64,000 bases of DNA from Candidatus Multivorans sp. (GTDB lineage Bacteria; Acidobacteriota; Thermoanaerobaculia; Multivoradales; Multivoraceae), in contig OZ251997.1 of assembly GCA_965247095.1 (NCBI GenBank), positions 4,416,001 to 4,480,000 of the forward strand, given 5' to 3'. Below are positions 36,641-45,986 of this stretch, piece after piece. Both the position numbers and the translations under genes were made by a program. Numbering within the stretch: the first letter of the stretch is position 1; every line of letters begins with the position of its first letter. A model generated the notes under the pieces. It did not search any database, was not told the origin of the DNA, and saw only the letters and a list, made by a program, of their open reading frames with translations.

Positions 36641-39172
36641 CTACGGGTAGTAGCCCGACATCGTCCGCACCTCGGCGCCGCGACGGTCCATCTCAACCCG
36701 CACCACGCGGAAGTCGCTGTCGGGTTTCGTGCTCGTCGACTGGTAAGTGAGAAGGTAGCGGTTCCGGAGTTCCCGTTCGATCTGGTCGTAAATCGCGTCG
36801 AGCTCGTCGACGTCTTCGATCAGGAACGCCTGCCCGCCGGTCTCTTCGGCGATGCGCTCCAGGACGCGTCGCGTGTTGCGGTCCCTGGCCGCGTGCTTGA
36901 GACCGATGGCGTAGATGGTCACGCCCGAGCGGTGCGCGGTCTCAAGTGCGCTCTCGAACGAGAAGGTGCTGTTCTCGTCCTTGCCGTCGGACAGGAGCAG
37001 GAGCGCCTTCTGGCCGCTGATGCCGTCGAAGTAGCTCAGCGAGTAGACGAGGCTGTCGTAGAGGGCGGTCGTCCCGACGGCTTCGAGACCCGCCAACGCC
37101 CGCTCAAGCTGGCCTAAGTCCTTGGTGAACCGGCTCTCGACCTGGGGACGGCTGGCGAAGGTGAGGACCGCCATCCGATCCTGGGGCTGGAGGGCCTTGT
37201 CCACAAAGCGCTGCGCCGCGGTCTGGACCTGCTCGATCGTGTCCTGCATCGAAGCCGACGTGTCGATCAAAAGGCCGGCGTGGAACGGCGTGTCGTCGAC
37301 CCACTCGAAGCGGCGGATGGTCTGTGCGGCGCCGTCCTCGGTGATCCGGAAGCGATCCTGTTCCAGGCCGGGGATCGGGCGTCCCCGGTCGTCGACCACG
37401 CTCGCGAACAGTTCGAGGTACTGGACGTTGATCCGTTCGATCGGATTCGGGCTGTTGATGAACACGACGTCCTCGGTGTTGCTGCCGTCGGCGAGGAAGG
37501 CGGCGGCGCGCAGGTACGTCAGGTTGGGTCCGTCGAGAACCACCGGCTGCACCCAGGGCGGCTGGTAGAGGGTCGCGATCCGTTCCTCCCCGAGGAACAG
37601 CTCCAGGCGGTCGATCTCCTCGCCGTCGGGCGTGGCGATCTCGACCACTGCCCGCGTGCTCTCAAGGAACTGCTCCCCGGGGCGCGGTTCGATGAAGCGG
37701 GCGCGGAAGCGCTGGCCACCGCGGTTGACGGACATCTCGTCCGACGCGACGACCTCGCCGTCCTTCAGACCGTCGACCCGGACCCGGTGTTCGGTCGGGT
37801 GGGATCCCAGGTTCAGTTCGACATCGAACGGGGGACGGCGCTTGCGCAGAATCTCGCGGCCGTCGAGCGAGAAGGCGACCGCGTCGAAGTCCCCGATCGC
37901 GTGGGTCGAGAAGCGGACCATCCCCACGCGCACCCGCTCGTCGCGCGGGGGCACCAGCCGCAGCAGGCGCTCGCCGCGGGCGGCGGCCGCGTTCGCCTCG
38001 GCCAGGGCCGGGAAGGTCTCGAGGATGCTCTTGCGCAACGACTGCCCGTCCTCCAGGTTCGGCACCGGGACCGTCTCGTCGACGATGGCGAACCGTTGGC
38101 CGAAGACATCCTCGATCTTGAGCCGGATCTGGACGTCGCCGGGTCGCAGATAGCGGGTGAAGACTAGTGGGATGGCGTCCGTGTCCTTGCCGTCGGCGGG
38201 CAGTTCGAACCGGTAGCGGAAGGTCTCGAAGAGATGATCGTCGCGGATCACCTCGCCGGTCATCTGGAAGCTGTGGTACTCGCGGTCCTGGAAGCTTTTG
38301 CGGCCGGCGGTCGCCGCAGGCACCAGGACCAGACCATGGCTCACGGTGCGGGTCTGGTTCCGGCCCGGGAATTCCCACCGCGTCTCGACGTCGAAGCGGG
38401 ACGCGGTGGCCGGGACCTCGGTGGTGAAAGAGGCGAAGGTGGCGAGCCACTCCTCCGGCGGCTCGGGCGGTGTGGAAACGTGCTCGATGACGGAGGCGCC
38501 AGCGAGGTCGTTCTGCAAGGTGCGGGCCGCCCAGGGCAGCCATTCGTCGGCGCACAGCACGGCGATGTTCGTGGTGGGCAGGCCGCGGCGCGACGCCGGC
38601 CGGCGCGCGGCGCTCTGATGCCAGAACGCGTAGGGGCGGTTACTGCTGGTGGCCAGGAAGATGACCACGAAGTGGCGCGGCGTGCGGTCGCTGCCGCCGT
38701 AGAACCAGATCTCCAGTTCGCTGCCGCGCGAGAGGCAGTACGAGGCGCTGCGCCCGTCGGGCAGGGTGAACCGTCCCGGCGGGCCGTTCAAGAGATAGAA
38801 GAGGGCGCGGGCGTCGTCGAGCGTGCCCCACTGACTGAGCGCGGCATCCACACGGTCCTCCCAGAGCACTTGGAGTTCGTTCAGCGGCGTCCTGGGGTCC
38901 GGATCGCGGGCCTTCCAGAAGGCCTGGATGAACGCTTCGCGCCGGTAGTCCTGGGGCAGGTTGACGAAGAGTTCCCGTTCCTCTTCGCTGATCAGCGGCC
39001 CGACGCGCTCCAGCCAGCGGACGAAGCGGGTATCGAGAGGCTGCGGCGGGGCGGCTTCCGGACCCGTCTCCGCAACCGGCGAGCGGCTGCCGGCAAAGGC
39101 CAGCAGCGACGCGGCGAGTGCTGCGGCGATCCTGAGGCGGGCGGTCATTGGCGTTGCGGTCATTGGCGTCAA
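36641..39172 (-). CDS. GWxTD-like domain + VWA domain secreted protein
   Basis: AFWKARDPDPRTPLNE..DARALFYLLNGPP; MIDAS DTSASM, TALYD, LLSDG. Confidence 0.85.
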   Translation of the reverse strand: MTPMTATPMTARLRIAAALAASLLAFAGSRSPVAETGPEAAPPQPLDTRFVRWLERVGPLISEEERELFVNLPQDYRREAFIQAFWKARDPDPRTPLNELQVLWEDRVDAALSQWGTLDDARALFYLLNGPPGRFTLPDGRSASYCLSRGSELEIWFYGGSDRTPRHFVVIFLATSSNRPYAFWHQSAARRPASRRGLPTTNIAVLCADEWLPWAARTLQNDLAGASVIEHVSTPPEPPEEWLATFASFTTEVPATASRFDVETRWEFPGRNQTRTVSHGLVLVPAATAGRKSFQDREYHSFQMTGEVIRDDHLFETFRYRFELPADGKDTDAIPLVFTRYLRPGDVQIRLKIEDVFGQRFAIVDETVPVPNLEDGQSLRKSILETFPALAEANAAAARGERLLRLVPPRDERVRVGMVRFSTHAIGDFDAVAFSLDGREILRKRRPPFDVELNLGSHPTEHRVRVDGLKDGEVVASDEMSVNRGGQRFRARFIEPRPGEQFLESTRAVVEIATPDGEEIDRLELFLGEERIATLYQPPWVQPVVLDGPNLTYLRAAAFLADGSNTEDVVFINSPNPIERINVQYLELFASVVDDRGRPIPGLEQDRFRITEDGAAQTIRRFEWVDDTPFHAGLLIDTSASMQDTIEQVQTAAQRFVDKALQPQDRMAVLTFASRPQVESRFTKDLGQLERALAGLEAVGTTALYDSLVYSLSYFDGISGQKALLLLSDGKDENSTFSFESALETAHRSGVTIYAIGLKHAARDRNTRRVLERIAEETGGQAFLIEDVDELDAIYDQIERELRNRYLLTYQSTSTKPDSDFRVVRVEMDRRGAEVRTMSGYYP

Positions 39173-39223
39173 CGGATCTCGACGGCCATTGTTTCCCTGG
39201 GATTGGATCGGGTTACCGGGGTG

Positions 39224-40039
39224 TCAGTGCCCCGAGCGGCCCCGCTTGCGCACTCGCCGCATGACCGAGACCACGACGGCCAACGCGAGCACAGAGGCGG
39301 TGAGAGCAAGATCCTGCCTCAGCCAGGGGCCGGCGCCCAGATCGCGGACGATCACCTGGTCGACCCAGCGCAGGAACAGGAAGGTCGCGGCGATCAGCAG
39401 CAGCGAGTTGTACTCCCGCAGCAGAACAGTTCGCCAACTGAAGCTCGTCTCGGGAGGTCGCCACAGGTGGGGACGGGGCCAGAACGTCGGCGTGCGCTCG
39501 GTCCAGCGGCGGTGGGTGACGCCGAATCGCTCGCCGAGGAAGCGTTCCTCGGCGGCGATCACACGTTCGTAGAGCAGCCAGTAGACCAGGGCGGCGGTGA
39601 GCACGAACCACCACGACTTGACCGCGAGCGCGAACCCGAGCAGCACGAACAGGTTGCCCAGGTAGACCGGGTGACGGCTGAGTGAGTACATGCCGGAGGT
39701 GTTCAGCAGGCTGGCGCTGGGGGCCCTCAGGCTGCGAGTCGAGGCCCCGGGTGGCGCCGATCCGACGGCGGCCGCCCGCACGGCCATGCCGACCAGGGAG
39801 ACCGTGAGGCACACCGCGAGCCAACCGAAGCCAGGGTCTGCCGGGAGCGCCGCCGATCGGCGTTCCAGTACCGCGAGCACGGCGGCGGGCAGCAGGAACA
39901 CGACGAACAGACTCCGGTGCCGGAACAGGAACAGGCCCTGATCCGCCAGCCGGCGGCTGAGGGGGCCGAAGCGGCGCCGCGATTCGAGTCGCGGCGGGGC
40001 GGTAGCGGGCGCCAAGCTCAGGCTGTCGCTGTCGTTCAT
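39224..40039 (-). CDS. ICMT-family membrane methyltransferase (LmtA-like)
   Basis: LFRHRS, LNTSGMYSLSRHPVYLGN, EERFL...F. Confidence 0.82.
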   Translation of the reverse strand: MNDSDSLSLAPATAPPRLESRRRFGPLSRRLADQGLFLFRHRSLFVVFLLPAAVLAVLERRSAALPADPGFGWLAVCLTVSLVGMAVRAAAVGSAPPGASTRSLRAPSASLLNTSGMYSLSRHPVYLGNLFVLLGFALAVKSWWFVLTAALVYWLLYERVIAAEERFLGERFGVTHRRWTERTPTFWPRPHLWRPPETSFSWRTVLLREYNSLLLIAATFLFLRWVDQVIVRDLGAGPWLRQDLALTASVLALAVVVSVMRRVRKRGRSGH

Positions 40040-41751
40040 GGTTCCTGCAAACGGGAGGCCGCCACGCGTGCGGCGCCTTCCGGCGTGGTCAGCAGGAGAT
40101 GGCCCTCCAGTGGATCCTGGTCGCGGCTCACTTCGACGAGCGCGAGCGGTGGTTCCAGGTCGTCCAGGTCGTCCCGTTCGATGAGCAGCCACACCGGCTT
40201 GTCGGTGCGGGCCACGAACCGGCGGAGCGCTTCTTCGTCCCCCTGATCGTGGACCTGGGTGCCGCCGTGGAGGTCAACCGCGAAGCGCCGGGTGTAGAAC
40301 AGGAAGGCGGCATCGGGAAGAGGGTAGATCGCGTACGGCTCGTCGGGTTCCGCCCACTGGACGAGTTCGCGCGAGAGGGCGCGAGCGGACTTGAAGGCGT
40401 CGCCCAGAGGCAGTAGCCGCACTGCGGTGACCGACATGGCGAGTCCGAGGCCGGTGGCAAGGCAGGCTATCAGCAGATCGGGACGCCGCCGGGCCGCCAG
40501 CCACAGGCCCCCGAGGGAGGCCAGCAAGGGTAGCGCGGCAATCGCCTGGAGCTCGACGATGACGCCGTCGGGGAGCGAGCCGTCCGGCAGGTCGCGGGCC
40601 GCGACCGGCACCGCGGCGACCAGGGCGCCGAACAGCAAGGGCAGGATCCCTGCCGAAGCCAGCAAGGCCACCCGGTAGCGTGGCCAGTCGTCCCGGATCG
40701 CCAGTACGCCGTGGGCGGTGAGGATCGCCAGCGGCGCCGCGAGGGCCAGCAGGTACACCGTGCGTTTGCCGCTGGAGAGGCTGAAGAACACGAAGGTGCT
40801 GGCAATCCAGATCAGCAGGAAGCGGAACGCCTGCGCCCGGCGGCTCTCCGGCTCTGTGCGGGAGCGCCGGAAGGCGGCGTAGATCGCGACCGGGGCCAGC
40901 AGGATCCAGGGAGCGAAGGTCCCGGGCAGGGTCTGGAAGTAGTAGTGCCAGGGTTTCGGGTGGTAGGTGGCGCCGGCGTAGCGGGACAGGGTCTGGTCGA
41001 GCAGCAGGGCGTCGAAGTAGGACCGTCCGGCCAGCCACACCGCGGGGCCGAACCAGGCCAGGACGATGCCCGCCCAGAGCAGCAGGCCGCGCCCCAGTCG
41101 CAGCTCGCCGATCCCGGCGCGGTCGCGCTCGAAGGCCAGGAAGGCGGTCACCGCGAGCAGTGGCACGATCAGTCCGACCGGGCCCTTGGCGAGCGTGGCC
41201 AGACCCGCGCAGGCGAAGAACAGGAGGCTGGCGCGGCTCATGCTCGGACCGTCGTCCCCGGTTCGGAAGCGGGCCCGGGCCCAGAACAGGATCGCCAACA
41301 GTTCCAGGAACGTGAGCGTCATGTCGATCTGGCCGACCCGCGCGTTCCACATGACCAGGGCCGAGGTGCAGAAGATCGGCGCCGCGAGCCAGGCGGTTCT
41401 GCGGTCGAACAGACGGCCGGCGAGCACGAACACCACCAGCACCGAGCCCACCCCGGCGAGAAGAGACGGCAGCCGCGCCGCCACCTCGTCGACGCCGCCA
41501 CGCAGGGCGCCGAGAAGGGCCATGTTCCAGAAGTGGAGAGGCGGCTTGTGGGTATAGGTCACGCCGTTCAGCCGCGGCACCAGGAAGTGCTCGAGGGCGA
41601 GCGGCGGTGTGAGCATCTCCCGCGCGACTTCGGCGTAACGCGGCTCGTCCGGGTTCCAAAGGTCGCGGCTGCCGATGCCGGGCAGGAAGACGGCGAGCGC
41701 GGCCGCGGCGAGGACCAGGTACGGAAGCAGGCGGCGTCGCACGGATCGCAT
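40036..41751 (-). CDS. ArnT/GT39-family glycosyltransferase
   Basis: PDEPRYAEVAREM, KPPL, LAKGP, PWHYY, SSGKR..YLL. Confidence 0.9.
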   Translation of the reverse strand: MRSVRRRLLPYLVLAAAALAVFLPGIGSRDLWNPDEPRYAEVAREMLTPPLALEHFLVPRLNGVTYTHKPPLHFWNMALLGALRGGVDEVAARLPSLLAGVGSVLVVFVLAGRLFDRRTAWLAAPIFCTSALVMWNARVGQIDMTLTFLELLAILFWARARFRTGDDGPSMSRASLLFFACAGLATLAKGPVGLIVPLLAVTAFLAFERDRAGIGELRLGRGLLLWAGIVLAWFGPAVWLAGRSYFDALLLDQTLSRYAGATYHPKPWHYYFQTLPGTFAPWILLAPVAIYAAFRRSRTEPESRRAQAFRFLLIWIASTFVFFSLSSGKRTVYLLALAAPLAILTAHGVLAIRDDWPRYRVALLASAGILPLLFGALVAAVPVAARDLPDGSLPDGVIVELQAIAALPLLASLGGLWLAARRRPDLLIACLATGLGLAMSVTAVRLLPLGDAFKSARALSRELVQWAEPDEPYAIYPLPDAAFLFYTRRFAVDLHGGTQVHDQGDEEALRRFVARTDKPVWLLIERDDLDDLEPPLALVEVSRDQDPLEGHLLLTTPEGAARVAASRLQEP

Positions 41752-41877
41752 CCTGACATAGGCTTCCGCCGCCGTCGCCGGTCTGACCGCTCCCGCGCGC
41801 CGCGGCTTGCGGCGATAGGGTAGAGCGCTCCGTTCTACAAAGACGCCTGCTCCAGGGACAGGCGGAGGTACCTGCCG

Positions 41878-42963
41878 ATGGGCCAACTGCCGAAGTCCGT
41901 GATCATCACGGACGACACGATGAGGGAAGGGCTGCAGATCGAGAGTGCCGACATTCCCGTCTCGGAGAAGCTGCGGCTGCTCGATGCGTTGGGTGAGACC
42001 GGCGCCAAGGTGATCTCGATCGGCTCCTACGCCCACCCCAAGTGGACGCCGCAGATGGCCTGCATCGACGAGATCGCCGAGCGCTTCGTGCCCAAACCGG
42101 GTGTCCGCTACACGGCCGCGATCTTCAACCAGATCGGGTTCGAGCGCGCGGATCGCTGGTATCCCAAACTCGATGTCCGGCAGCGCCGGATCGGCACCCA
42201 CGTCGAGTTGTGCGACACCTTTGCCCGCCGTAACTACAACGCGACCCAGGCCCAGCAGATCGAGCGCATCCCGGCGATGATCGAACGGGCCCGCGCGGGC
42301 GGGGCCAAGTCGGGCGCGGTGGCGATCGGCAACCCCTTCGGCTCGAACTTCGAAGGTCCGTTCACCCTCGAGCAGCGGCTCGACCTGCTGGCGCTGATGA
42401 TCGACCGCTGGCATGAGAAGGGTCTTCCGGTCACCCGCTGCTCGATCATCGAGGCGATGGGTTGGAACATGCCCCACGAGGTGCGGGAGACGATCCTCGC
42501 GATTCGGGAGCGCTGGCCTGAGATCACCGATTTCCACTGCCACCTGCACAACACGCGCGGCGCCTCGATCGCCAGCTACTACGAGGCTCTGAGACTCGGC
42601 GTGCGGGAGTTCGACACCTCGATCGGCGGCATGGGCGGCTGCCCCTACTGCGGCAACGGCCGCGCGGCCGGTCACGTCCCCACCGAGGACTTCGTCGACT
42701 TCTGCCACGAACTCGGGGTCGAGACGGGTTACCGGCTCGACAAGCTGATCGAGGCCGCCTGGATCGCCGAGGAGGTGGTCGGCCATCCGCTCTGGGGCCA
42801 TGTCTCCAAGGCCGGACCGCGGCCTCGCACCAGCGACCTCTATCCGCGGCAGATGCCCTTCGTGGAGACCCTCGACGAGGCCTCCCATTTCCGCAACGGA
42901 CCGCCGGTGTATACCGGCCAGCGTTCTCCCTGGCGGCCCGACGCCGCCCTTTACCAGGAGTGA
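41878..42963 (+). CDS. HMG-CoA lyase / citramalyl-CoA lyase family
   Basis: MREGLQ, HLHNTRG, GGMGGCPY, TED. Confidence 0.88.
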   Translation: MGQLPKSVIITDDTMREGLQIESADIPVSEKLRLLDALGETGAKVISIGSYAHPKWTPQMACIDEIAERFVPKPGVRYTAAIFNQIGFERADRWYPKLDVRQRRIGTHVELCDTFARRNYNATQAQQIERIPAMIERARAGGAKSGAVAIGNPFGSNFEGPFTLEQRLDLLALMIDRWHEKGLPVTRCSIIEAMGWNMPHEVRETILAIRERWPEITDFHCHLHNTRGASIASYYEALRLGVREFDTSIGGMGGCPYCGNGRAAGHVPTEDFVDFCHELGVETGYRLDKLIEAAWIAEEVVGHPLWGHVSKAGPRPRTSDLYPRQMPFVETLDEASHFRNGPPVYTGQRSPWRPDAALYQE

Positions 42964-44741
42964 CGGCTACCGCCGAAGCGGGGCCTTCCGCGAGCGTTCG
43001 CTACCAGGCGGACGAAAAGCCGCCGACGTTGCTCGCCGCGACGATGGGCCTCCAGTACGCGACCCTGTGCGTTGCCGGGATCGTGCTGACCCCGGCAATC
43101 ATCGTCCGCGCCGCCGGCGGTAGCGACGAGTACCTGGCATGGGCGGTGTTCGGAGCGATCTTCGTGAGCGGCATCACGACGATCCTGCAGGCGCAGCGGC
43201 TGTGGCGCATAGGGGCCGGCTACATCCTGCTCATGGGCACCTCCGGCGCCTTCATCGCGGTCAGCATCGCGGCCCTGAGCGCTGGCGGTCCGGTGCTCCT
43301 CGCCAAGCTGGTGATCGTCTCCTCGCTGTTCCAGTTCCTTCTCTCCGCGCGCCTGTTGCTGCTGCGGCGGCTGTTTACGACGACCGTCACCGGCACGGTG
43401 ATCATGCTGATCTCGGTCAGCGTCATGCCTATCGTGTTCGACCAACTGACGCAGGTTCCCGAGAGCGCCCCGCGGGCGGCCGGGCCGATCTCGTTTGCGG
43501 TGGCCATCGTGGTTATGGTTGCGTTCGGCCTGCGGGCCACCGGCATGTGGCGTCTCTGGGCGCCGGTCGCGGGTGTCGTCGCGGGCTCGATCGTCGCGGC
43601 GCCGCTTGGACTCTACGAGTTCGAGCGGGTGGCGGAGGCCGCGTGGATCGGTGCTCCGGTCGGCGGCTGGCCCGGGTTCGATCTGACCTTCGGGCCGTCC
43701 TTCTGGGCGCTGTTGCCGGGCTTCGTGATCGTGACCCTGATCGGGGCCGTCGAGACGATCGGCGATTCGGTCGGCATCCAGCGGGTCTCCTGGCGTGTGC
43801 CCCGGGCGCCGGACTACCGCGCGGTCCAGGGCGCCGTCGCTGCCGACGGTCTCGGCAACCTGCTCTCGGGTCTGGCGGGGACGGTGCCGAACACGACGTA
43901 CTCGAGCAGCATCTCGGTGACGGAGCTCACGGGCGTCGCATCGCGCCGGGTGGGGATGTGGATCGGCGTCATCTTCATCGGCCTGGCGTTTCTTCCCAAG
44001 GCGCTCGCCCTGGTGCTCGCGATTCCCGGCCCCGTTGCCGGGGCGTACCTGCTGGTTCTGATCTCCGTCCTGTTCGTCCTCGGGGCGCGGATCGCCGGTC
44101 AGGGCGGGTTGGACTACCGCAAGGCGCTCGTGATCGGCGTGTCGTTCTGGATCGGCGTCGGCTTCGAGCACGACCTGATCTTCAGCGATCAACTGGGCGG
44201 CTGGGCGGCGTCCATCCTGGGCAACGGCATGACCGCGGGTGGACTCACCGCGATCTGCCTGACTGCGTTCCTCGAATTGACCAGGCCGCGCCGCCGCCGC
44301 CCGGAGACCGACGTCAACTCGGCGTCCGCCGCCAGGATCGGCCGCTTCCTGAGCACCCAGGCCACGCGGGCGCGTTGGAGGACGGAGGCCGCCGAGCGCC
44401 TGTGGTCGGCGGGCGAGGAAGCCCTGCTCAGTTTGCTCGGCGAGGACGGGGAAGGGGACCGCGGCGCGAACCGCCGGCTGCTGCTCCTCGCCCGGGTCGA
44501 CCGCCAGACGGCCGAACTCGAGTTCATCGCGGCGCCGGGCGGGAGGAACATCGAAGATCGGCTGGTGCTGATGACTCCCGAGGCGCCTGCTCCGATCGAG
44601 AACGAGCTCTCGCTCCGCCTGCTGCGTCACTTTGCGTCCTCGGTGCAGCATCAGCAGTATCACGACACCGACGTGCTCACGGTCACCGTGAGCAGCGACA
44701 GCAAGGAGCCGAGCGGGCAGGTGGATACGGCGGGAATCTGA
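42960..44741 (+). CDS. NCS2 xanthine/uracil permease with C-terminal degenerate RsbW-like domain
   Basis: ETIGD, ADGLG, PNTTYSS, TGVASR; ~150-aa cytoplasmic tail. Confidence 0.85.
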   Translation: MTATAEAGPSASVRYQADEKPPTLLAATMGLQYATLCVAGIVLTPAIIVRAAGGSDEYLAWAVFGAIFVSGITTILQAQRLWRIGAGYILLMGTSGAFIAVSIAALSAGGPVLLAKLVIVSSLFQFLLSARLLLLRRLFTTTVTGTVIMLISVSVMPIVFDQLTQVPESAPRAAGPISFAVAIVVMVAFGLRATGMWRLWAPVAGVVAGSIVAAPLGLYEFERVAEAAWIGAPVGGWPGFDLTFGPSFWALLPGFVIVTLIGAVETIGDSVGIQRVSWRVPRAPDYRAVQGAVAADGLGNLLSGLAGTVPNTTYSSSISVTELTGVASRRVGMWIGVIFIGLAFLPKALALVLAIPGPVAGAYLLVLISVLFVLGARIAGQGGLDYRKALVIGVSFWIGVGFEHDLIFSDQLGGWAASILGNGMTAGGLTAICLTAFLELTRPRRRRPETDVNSASAARIGRFLSTQATRARWRTEAAERLWSAGEEALLSLLGEDGEGDRGANRRLLLLARVDRQTAELEFIAAPGGRNIEDRLVLMTPEAPAPIENELSLRLLRHFASSVQHQQYHDTDVLTVTVSSDSKEPSGQVDTAGI

Positions 44742-44816
44742 GAGGCGTCGGGAGCATTGTAGGATGCACGGCATCGATCACGCGCTGACGTACCGACCGC
44801 AGGACAGCCGAACAAA

Positions 44817-45494
44817 GTGACTGAAAGGCCCCACCTGACGTTCGTCGAGGAGATTCTCCTCCTCCTTCTGGACGACGACACCGGCGCGATGAAACGGGTC
44901 GCGCCGAACGTGATGGAGCTGCTCATTGCCGGCGCCATCCTGATGGACTTGGCGCTGCGCGGCCGCCTGGACTGCGACCTGCAGAAGCTGGTCGTCGTCG
45001 ATGCGACGCCGGTGGGCGAGGAGATCCTCGACCGTCCGCTGGCGGAGATCGCCGGCGCCGACGACGAGGCAGACCCCCGAACCTGGGTGGTCCGGCTTTC
45101 GGCCCGGAGCAAGGAAACCCAGGAAGCGGCGCTGACACGCCTGGTCGAGCGCGGGATTCTCCGGGTCGAGGATCGGAACTTCCTGTGGGTGTTCGGCAGC
45201 CGCCGTTACCCCATGCTCGACGATCGGGAGGAGCGGGAGGTCAAGCTACGGATTCTGGACGTGCTGTTGAGCGACCGGATTCCGGCGCCGAGAGATGTCG
45301 CGCTGATCTGTCTGGCCGACGCCTCGAACGCCTTCCAGGTCATTCTCAGTCCGCAGGAGTTGCGGCACGCGGCGGCGCGGATCGAGTTGGTCCGCGGCTT
45401 CGATCTGATCGGCCAGGCAATGACTCGCGCGATCCAGAAGTCCGTTCAAGACATTGCCGCCGCGACGGCGACGGCCCATCACCCCTTCTATTGA
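44817..45494 (+). CDS. GPP34/GOLPH3-family protein
   Basis: LTFVEEILLLLLDD, AGAILMDLALRGR, LVERGIL, FLWVFGSRRYP. Confidence 0.88.
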   Translation: MTERPHLTFVEEILLLLLDDDTGAMKRVAPNVMELLIAGAILMDLALRGRLDCDLQKLVVVDATPVGEEILDRPLAEIAGADDEADPRTWVVRLSARSKETQEAALTRLVERGILRVEDRNFLWVFGSRRYPMLDDREEREVKLRILDVLLSDRIPAPRDVALICLADASNAFQVILSPQELRHAAARIELVRGFDLIGQAMTRAIQKSVQDIAAATATAHHPFY

Positions 45495-45513
45495 GACCAG
45501 GAGAGTACTTGGC

Positions 45514-45855
45514 GTGATCGAGAGCACGAAGATCGGAGACGTGGTCGTTTGGGCCCCTGAGGGGCGAGTCGACGCCTCCTGTGCGCCGGACCTGGAGCAG
45601 GCCATGATGGCCAAGATCGGCGAAGGGGGTCGGGACGTCGTTCTGGATCTGGACCGCACCCGTTACATGAGCAGCGCCGGCTTACGCGTGGTGTTGGTCG
45701 TCGCCAGGGCCCTGCAGGCAAAGAACGGACACTTCGCCGTGTGCGGTCTGAACGACGAGGTGAAGGAGCTGTTCGAGGTCAGCGGCTTCAGCCTGATCGT
45801 GAATATCGTGCCGAACCGCGACGCCGCGGTGGCCGCGGTTCAGCAGGCCGACTGA
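45514..45855 (+). CDS. STAS anti-sigma factor antagonist
   Basis: GRVDA, DLDRTRYMSSAGLRV, LFEVSGF. Confidence 0.9.
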   Translation: MIESTKIGDVVVWAPEGRVDASCAPDLEQAMMAKIGEGGRDVVLDLDRTRYMSSAGLRVVLVVARALQAKNGHFAVCGLNDEVKELFEVSGFSLIVNIVPNRDAAVAAVQQAD

Positions 45856-45986
45856 GACTCCGGCCTGAGAAGCGGGCCGTTCGCCCGCGGCACCGCGGAT
45901 GCGCGTCTTCTCTCCCAACCTTGGTCCACTCTCCGGCTCAGGGCGCCCGCTCTACCTGGCGGGCATGGCTCCTGTCACCAAGGCCC

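Noticed and set aside
40036-42888. 950-aa ORF as one protein
   Set aside because: The N-terminal part is antisense to the HMG-CoA lyase gene; the ArnT-like protein starts near 41751.
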